A DNA stretch of 64,000 nucleotides from Lama guanicoe (lineage: Eukaryota), in NCBI GenBank assembly GCA_013239625.1, contig MU053557.1, forward strand, positions 4,680,123 to 4,744,122. The letters are read 5' to 3'. Positions within the stretch are counted from its first letter, which is position 1; each line of letters begins with the position of its first letter. The translations under genes and the position numbers were made by a program. The notes below the pieces were generated by a model. That model was not told the origin of the DNA. It saw only the letters and a list, made by a program, of their open reading frames with translations, and did no database searches. Below, in pieces: positions 57,017 to 64,000 of the stretch.

Positions 57017-58532
57017 CTAAACTATCTTTCTTCTTTGGACAGACACTGCAATATTTTGTGTCCAACTTTCTCAAGTTCTAGAAGGGAGCCCTTTCCCCAG
57101 GCACATGATCTCTCTGGACACTGGAGGGCAACCTTACATTAATAAAGCAGAACACAACCTGGGGGGAGAGGTGCACAGGAATCACAGAAAATTAGAGCTT
57201 AAAGCCAATACAGTGGCTGCAAAATGCAGCCACGGTAACAGGCCACTGAGCATTTGAGCAGATCAGGACAAGCAGCCAGCTCCCCTGTGCCCAGAGCCGC
57301 TCATCCTCACCAGGCACCTGGTATGGAAACACAGGGACAGGCAGTGGCAGGTGTCAGCAGCTGCGGCTGGCCACTGAACAGAGCCAAATGTGGAGCAGAA
57401 GGGCTTGAAATTCAAGGGGAACAAAGCACTGCTAAAATTCATAGCAATTATGAATTGAGTCTGCAGAGTTATGCCCTATGTGTAATTAAATTTTAAATGC
57501 TTCCTTCCACATCAGACTTTGAGTTGCTAAAACTCTTGATCACACAGTGATAAACACCTGCTTTTACATACAGAGCTGTGAGTCACTGCCAAGCTGTTCA
57601 GGAGCCCTAGAGCAAGACTCTAAATAAATAAAACCCAGAAGCCTTAACCACAAAAGCTGGCCTCTCACTATCACCCTAGCATCCACTCGCCTCTTCACCT
57701 GGCCCCCAATGTGATCGGCACAGGGGCACAGGCAGAGAAACCAAAGTCCTGCAGTCACCCTCATGATGAGTCCTCAGGGCAAATAAGGGCCAAGAGTATA
57801 GATGAATCAGGTCAAAAAAAAGCAAGGTGACATCTATGCCCACAACCAAAATGTTTCCTACTTGTAGGGAGACTGTTCCAGTGTTTCCCGAATTTCAGTC
57901 ACTCAGATACCAACCTTCACAATTTTCATCAGATTATTTATTTACTTAATGCTATTTATGTGATGTATTTCTTTCAATTGACTCATACCTGACTTTTCTA
58001 TGTATCAGTAGCAGTGAAATATGGATAAGGACCAGTTTAAGGCTTTTAATACAAATTCAAATAAATTCGTAACTCTTCAAATGTTTTGACCTGGGTAACA
58101 TCTAAACTTACCTCCCATATTCACCATGAGTCTGAATCCCACACTTTGGGAAATGTCTTCTCTTTGACAGAAGTGGGAGGGGAGAAAAGATTTGTTCTGC
58201 CTAGTTTCTTCATGATGGCTGGACTTTGGAAAGCCAAAGGGAAAACAATCTGAAGATGCTTCAGAGAAAAGAAAACACAAGTACTTTGACAATCAAGCCG
58301 GGCCCAGTTAACCCCAACCCACCCTGGGGAGCCAAGACTCCCGTATACCACCAGGCTGTTCCCGGGACATCACACTAAGGTTCTCATTGGATACCGTCCC
58401 TTTCCCTGCTGCTCTGGATTGTAAAGACTTCGCTTAAGTGGGCATCACCATGAGCTGTAGCAGGGAAATGACAGCACCATGGCTAGGCTCCGCCTCTAAC
58501 TGTAAGTCTCACCCTCACCATTTACTAGGGAG

Positions 58533-58976
58533 CGTTATGGGCTGAAGAGTGCCCCCCCTGAAATTTATATGTTGATGCCCTAACCCCCAGTTCCTCAGAA
58601 TGTGGCTGTATTTGGAGATGCGACCTTTAAAGAGGTGGTAAGTTAAAATGAGGCCATGATGATGGGCGTGTTCCAGTCTGACTGGTGTCCTTGTAAGAGA
58701 AGGAAATGAGGACACAGGGGTGCATGTGCACAGAGGAAAAAGAACAGGTAATGAGGCAGCTGGAGGGCCACCATCTGCAAGCCAAGGAGAGAGGCCTGAG
58801 AGGAAAACAACTCAGCTAACACCTGGATTGCAGACTTCCAGTGTATTTGAGGAACTAAAATATACTGGAGTGAAGCAATTAATTTCCACTGTTTAAGCCA
58901 GGAGAAAAGTAACTTCCATTGTTTAAGCCACCCAGTCTGTGGTATTTTGGTATGACAACCCTAGCAAACTAATACA
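58533..58976 (+). mobile_element. MLT1B/C-like MaLR solo LTR
   Basis: gttatgggctgaa, cctcagaatgtggctgtatttggaga, gactggtgtccttgtaagaga, tgtttaagccacccagtctgtggtattt, caaactaataca. Confidence 0.85.
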
Positions 58977-59099
58977 CCACATGAAATTAGATTTGCAAAA
59001 TAGGAATAACAGCACTCATTTCATTAGGTGGTAAGGACTAAATGATGTGCTTCCAGCACAGCACCTGCCTGCAGGGGAGGTCCAACTGACTGCTCAGCA

Positions 59100-59480
59100 T
59101 CTCACTGGCTCTTAGATCAGGTGGTTTACCCAGATGATCAGTGCCCTCTCTGGGCCGGTGCTGGAACTACAGCAAGAGAGGCAAGCCTTTCTTACCTGGA
59201 ATTTCAACTGGTAAGCGTGTGCAGGCTTGGAGCTTTGTGGCCTTTGGCACAGATTAAGAGACACCACCTGAAGATGAAGACTGAACAGAGGAGGGTGGAG
59301 TCAGGAGATGGAAAGAAAGTAGCAAGCACTGTTCATGTTCCTGGATCTGAGTTTGCCTGAAATCCAGCTTCACCCTTCAAATCCCCAGTTAGCATCAGAG
59401 CTAACACATTCCTTTTTTGGTTTAAGCCAGTTTGAGTTGTGATTATGTCACTTGCCACCAAAGGAGTCGTGACAAACACA
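59100..59480 (+). mobile_element. old MaLR LTR (MLT1J/K-like)
   Basis: 3' end ttcctttttt.gtttaagccagtttgagttg....tgtcacttgc.accaaaggagtc.tgac. Confidence 0.6.
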
Positions 59481-60009
59481 CTGGCTCCCAGAGTGAATTA
59501 ATACTGACAGTGGAGTCTCATATGCAGAGCTTTGCTCTCTGTGTGGGAGATCATGTGATCCCCGTTTAACTAGCACAGGCATCTGCCCCTAGGGAGCAAG
59601 CGATAGGCGGTGGGACTCACCAGGGAAGCCGAGCGGCACATGTGAAGGGGTCAAAATCTGCCTCAGTCAGTCGTGAAAAGTTCTTGTAGGGGCTGGACCG
59701 AAGGCCTCCTGGCTCCCAAAGCCCTCCTGTGGATAAAGAATGTATTGTCATACAAGATATGTGACTGCCTCACACACAGGATCTTGCCCCCTGGACTAGC
59801 AGAAACTGTCCTAAGCAACTTGTCCTTCTGACAAAATAATAGCACTGTTTAATTTTTAAAAATATACCTACTACAAAATGCCACCCCTTCTTGGACTCTG
59901 TGGGTAACAGGAGCTGGAAGCTCCGCTGTCCAAGGGTATCAGGTGTTTCTACAGAGAAGGTGGAAGCTGGCAAATCTATCACTTTTCCAATGGTTTGATT
60001 TACATAAAA

Positions 60010-60028
60010 CTCCCTGCAGGGGGCAGCA
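60010..60028 (+). promoter_or_regulatory. candidate CTCF site
   Basis: CTCCCTGCAGGGGGCAGCA fits the CTCF core CC(A/T)(C/G)(C/T)AG(A/G)(G/T)GGC(A/G). Confidence 0.45.
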
Positions 60029-60119
60029 TGGATGTGCGGCTGAGATTTCAGTGTTCCTTAATATTTCCATAAGCATCTGACAGTGTCTTTGGAGGAAACC
60101 CACACTGATTACAATAACT

Positions 60120-60430
60120 CACACTTCTGCACTAAGCATTTTACATATCTCAGCTAGTTCTCTGGTACTTTCATCCTCATTTTACAGATGAGGAAACTGA
60201 GCCTTTGCTAAGTAACCCATTCAAGTTTTCACAGCTGTATGTGGCAGAGCCTGAACTTGAACACCAGATACCAAGTCTAGAGCCCTGGGCACCACTCCTG
60301 GTTCTGCCTGTAAGAGCTTGTGTGATTCCAGGCATGATTTCTTCCCCTCTCTTGGCCTCAGTTTCCTCATCTGACAAATGAAGGGACCACACTGGCTAAT
60401 CTCTCGGGCTCCTTTCAGCTCTGAAGTTTT
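60120..60430. mobile_element. two MIR fragments in opposite orientation
   Basis: cattttacagatgaggaaactgag (minus) and gcctcagtttcctcatctg (plus). Confidence 0.75.
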
Positions 60431-60445
60431 TCTAGTTCCAGGTTT

Positions 60446-60488
60446 AAGAAATTCACTTTGAAAAAAAAAAAAAAAGAAATTCACTTTG
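60446..60488 (+). mobile_element. poly(A)-only retrotransposition insertion with 15-bp TSD
   Basis: aagaaattcactttg + A13 + aagaaattcactttg, preceded by ttt. Confidence 0.75.
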
Positions 60489-63014
60489 GACTTCTACAAA
60501 CTGGTGTCAGCCTGCAGCCTAGAGATGAAGAGAGGTGATGCAGTGCAGCCTTTCAAAAGAGAGTTAGTCCCTGCTGCAGTATGAAGGGTTGAGTTATCAC
60601 CTCAGCCCTCAGGTAGAGGCACCCAGCTGGACAGGCTGTCTAGAAGCCCACAGTTTTTCTCAGGTTCCACAGGGGTAGCCTATGGGCCAGATTAACCTCA
60701 CAGAGGTGTTTGGGGTGTTTATTTGGCCCTTGCAATGTTTTAAAACAGTTGACTTAGTTATCAACATTTCTAAATCAAAAGCTGAAATCTGGATTCCTAG
60801 GTTCTCCTGAAAAGGCTGAAGATCTGGTCACTCCAGGCCCATGTTCCCATTGGCCATGCTGGTCTGAGTTGCTGGCTCCTGGCCTTTCAGATGGAACAAG
60901 AGTGCTCTGCTTTGCCAGGTAGCCAGCTCACACACACACCTCCCCTGCCTGGCTCTGTGGGCACTTCAGCCTGTGAGCCTCACTTAAGGAGCCAAGGGTG
61001 CTGTTTTCTTGAGGAGGGACCGGAGGGGAGGGGGCACACAGCACTGGGGCACAAGAACAAAAGCTCCTTTTCCTCCAGATGCAACAGTGCCCTGGGCTGT
61101 GACAGTTAAAGCTGAGCCTGCAACCCGGGTGCAGGTAGGAGCCCAGTGCCCTGGAACCAAAACCTGAAGGTGCAACAAAAGGAGGGGTTTTCATCCCTCT
61201 GTGAAACTCTCCTTCTCCCAGCAGCCGCCATTCAGATCTCTATCTGCCTTCCGGGGCCCAGGGTGAATTAGCAGGCATGTGTCATTTCCCTGGATAGGAG
61301 CTATAATGGTGACATTGTGCTAAGTGGAACAAGAGAGGTTTTCATCTAGCGACCAGCATTGGGCAGACACTCAAGCAAAGGGCTCTGGGGCTCACCCTGC
61401 AGAAAGGGGTTCAGGAGCGGGCCCTGAGCCAAGGAGAAGTGCCGTGGGCTGGGCTGCATGTCTGCAGTGGCAGGCAGTGAGGCTGCACTTCATTGCAATC
61501 TCATTTTCTTCTGCAAATAAATAAGCAAACATACAATCCCAGAGGATAAAGGGAACCCCCCACCCAGGATACCTGCGTTAATAGAAGCCTCATGAGTCCT
61601 TGAGCATTTACTCACTGACTCACTCCACAGTACTTTCTCCACTTACTAGGTGCCGGGCACTGTGCTAGGCCCTATGGATCTAGCAACGAGTTAAGACACA
61701 GGGCGCTGTCAATCTAGGGGGCCGGGGAGAGGTAAGGAGAGAGGTAGGTAGGAAGTTAAACAATGATGACCCGATGGAAGAACGGAGAGTCACACAGTGA
61801 CAGAGTCAGTTCAAGAACCCAGATCTGAACCCCTAACCTGTAGTTTTTCTACTCTTCCCAGGATCTCCTGAGAGCGCTGTTTATCTATTCTGAGGAATGG
61901 TGGGTTCGGGCTCAGTGAAGAAGGCACCACAAAGACTATAATAAGAAATTTGGACTCTGCACTGGGGATAAAGGAGAGCCACAAATACTTTTAATGGGGA
62001 TTTGACTGGAGCTGTGGAATGGACACTCTGGTGGCCATGATGGAAGCAGACCTGGAGGCAAGGGGACAAGTTAGAAAGCTAAAGTATGTTTCTCTCACTG
62101 GGACAAAGGACGTTTAGCCTCCAAATTTTTCTTTCCCAGGGCTTCCCAGTTCCACCTGATAAGCTAAGAATGAGACTGGGGAATATCATTTGTTTTCACA
62201 AGACTGGGAGCATACAGGAGCTGAAAGCTTTTTTCCTGGAATTGTTCACTGAGACCAAACTTGATATCTTTTTTACAGAGCTGAAGCTCTCCACACAAAC
62301 CTTCAGACAAGCACCAGGCAAACCTGGAAAACCTAGTACAACAATAAGGAAAGGGAAGATATGAGGCAGATCTTTAAAATCCTTTCTAAAGAGTTGCATT
62401 TGTACAGCGAAGTGGAAAGGGGAAGAGAAGACCAGGCATCGGCATCCACAACCTTCAACCCCATTCTCGGTCCAGCGCTTCCCTCCCGGCCCCTACAATC
62501 TAGCCAAACCAAACTGCTGTGCAGACACATCCTGCAGTTTTCTATCTCTGTGTCTTTGCTCTCACTGTTTTCTCTGCCTGTAATGTTATCTCCTCATTGC
62601 AGGCTCACCCAAATGTCTGTCATCCATTACTGTCTCCATGATCAGTGAGTTCTTGCTTTGTCTTAATGAACTCCAAGAGCACTTTATCTCTCCTCTGATA
62701 CTTTTCACGTAATAATTTTTAATTAAATTATTTTGTACATATTTATCTCCTCTACTAGACTGTTGATTTCCTGAGTACGGAGATCATGCCTATTTAGCAT
62801 TACTTCTTCCAAGAGGAATTGGCACAGAATGTAACAAATATTCCTAAGTGAACTGATGAAAAGTGGGCGTAGTTTTTATGGTTAATATAGACCCAATTAA
62901 AGGAAAATCACAGAAAAAATAGATATAGTTATTCCTAGTCCCAAACCCACAAATAGCCACCTCATCTATCATTCAGTTACCCAACAGCAACCAAGCTGTA
63001 GTCAATTTAGTCAA

Positions 63015-63033
63015 CAGTGCCACCTAGTGGACA
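63015..63033 (-). promoter_or_regulatory. candidate strong CTCF site
   Basis: minus strand TGTCCACTAGGTGGCACTG, near-consensus CTCF motif. Confidence 0.62.
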
Positions 63034-63534
63034 TTATGGGTAATTATTAAACCTGAACCACTACACCTTTGCAGCAGCTTTTTTGTTAATCCTTAGAGCT
63101 GTGCAGACTGTTCTCCCATTTTTACATCTTTCCTAGACCACAGCTCAGTTAATTCCACTCCATAAATTATTCTGTAGATACATATAAATTCCCTTTAGTT
63201 CTTTTTTCTTTTCCAATTCTCTGATAAACCTCAAAGTCTTTGAAAGTTTCTGAAGCATCTAAAAATCTACCAAAGCCTCCAACTGTTCTTGTAATAGTTA
63301 CGTTTTATGTATTTTTAAAATTTATTTCAAATGAAATAGTTATGTTTTTTAAAGTATTAATGAGCTAGCCTGGGAATTTGACTACAATTTATAGCCTTGT
63401 TTCCAAGCATTTCAGAATTCAAACAGTGAACTTTTGGAAGTTAATCCACTTGTAAATTGTTGGCTGTCTGCTTTAGAATTTAAACTGACCTTTTCAAATT
63501 GGAAAAGTAGGCAAGAACAAAGAAGAACTTGGAA

Positions 63535-63770
63535 AATAATAATGGCTCACATTTTTATAGTTATTTACGGTTTACAAAGTGGGTTTGTACTGTCATTTCA
63601 TTTGCTCTCCCAACAGCCTTGGAGGTCAGCATGAGGTTTCCCATAGCACAGATGAGCAAGCAAACCTCATAGGCTTAAAGTTATACACTTAGTAAGTGGT
63701 AGAGTAGGAGCTCACACACAAGTTTTCAGACTCCAATCCTATGGTTTTTTCACTACATTGTATTTCTTCT
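63535..63770 (-). mobile_element. MIR SINE
   Basis: aataataatggctcacatttt...cacagatgagcaagc...acttagtaagtggtagag. Confidence 0.65.
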
Positions 63771-64000
63771 GTGCTCACACACAGACATACTAAACAAACT
63801 ACTGATGCAATTTGGCAAAGCCAGGGTTAATTTCAACTTGCCCATCAAAGCAATGGAGAAAATATTCCCAGTCCAGGAAAATGCAGGACGCTCTTTCCCA
63901 GGCCCTTCCTTGTCTCTCTGTCTTTGCACAAGGTGGTCCCAATGCCAGAATGTTCTAAGTAAAGAGATGGCCTAGTCAAACCTGCAAACTGTGACCTGAC

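Noticed and set aside
55300..64000. Start of the downstream gene (AFAP1L1 expected by synteny)
   Set aside because: No CpG island or coding exon visible; likely begins beyond the window.
1..64000. CRISPR arrays, rRNA/tRNA genes, prokaryotic operons
   Set aside because: The sequence is a mammalian intron-exon locus; none of these patterns were seen.

Overview
Mammalian genomic DNA. The lineage-specific L1 3' ends suggest a cetartiodactyl, probably a camelid; this is inferred from memory of the families. The + strand carries the last 18 coding exons of ABLIM3 (actin-binding LIM protein 3) between 292 and 42271. Each exon was placed by hand at AG/GT boundaries. Spliced together they give 1477 nt in one continuous frame: a split codon, then 491 aa, then TAG. 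This covers the end of LIM3, LIM4, the Ser/Pro-rich linker and the C-terminal villin headpiece, and includes an 8-nt and two 30-nt exons. A ~2.1 kb 3'UTR ends near AATAAA at 44355. About 300 bp downstream lies a ~10.6 kb nested stack of L1 elements (44681-55259), which includes an ORF1-only composite insert and an unexplained 150-bp insert. The rest is intronic or intergenic DNA rich in old repeats (MIR, L2, CR1/L3, MLT1, MER20, MER5, MER21, MER41-like, L1M). Most ORFs in the supplied track are spurious. The most unusual sequence-level items are a perfect 46-bp inverted repeat overlapping a G-quadruplex motif upstream of a 30-nt exon, a 39-bp templated copy from 2.2 kb away inside an MLT1 LTR, and a poly(A)-only insertion with 15-bp TSDs. 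Repeat family names and exon numbers are from recall and need RepeatMasker or alignment confirmation.
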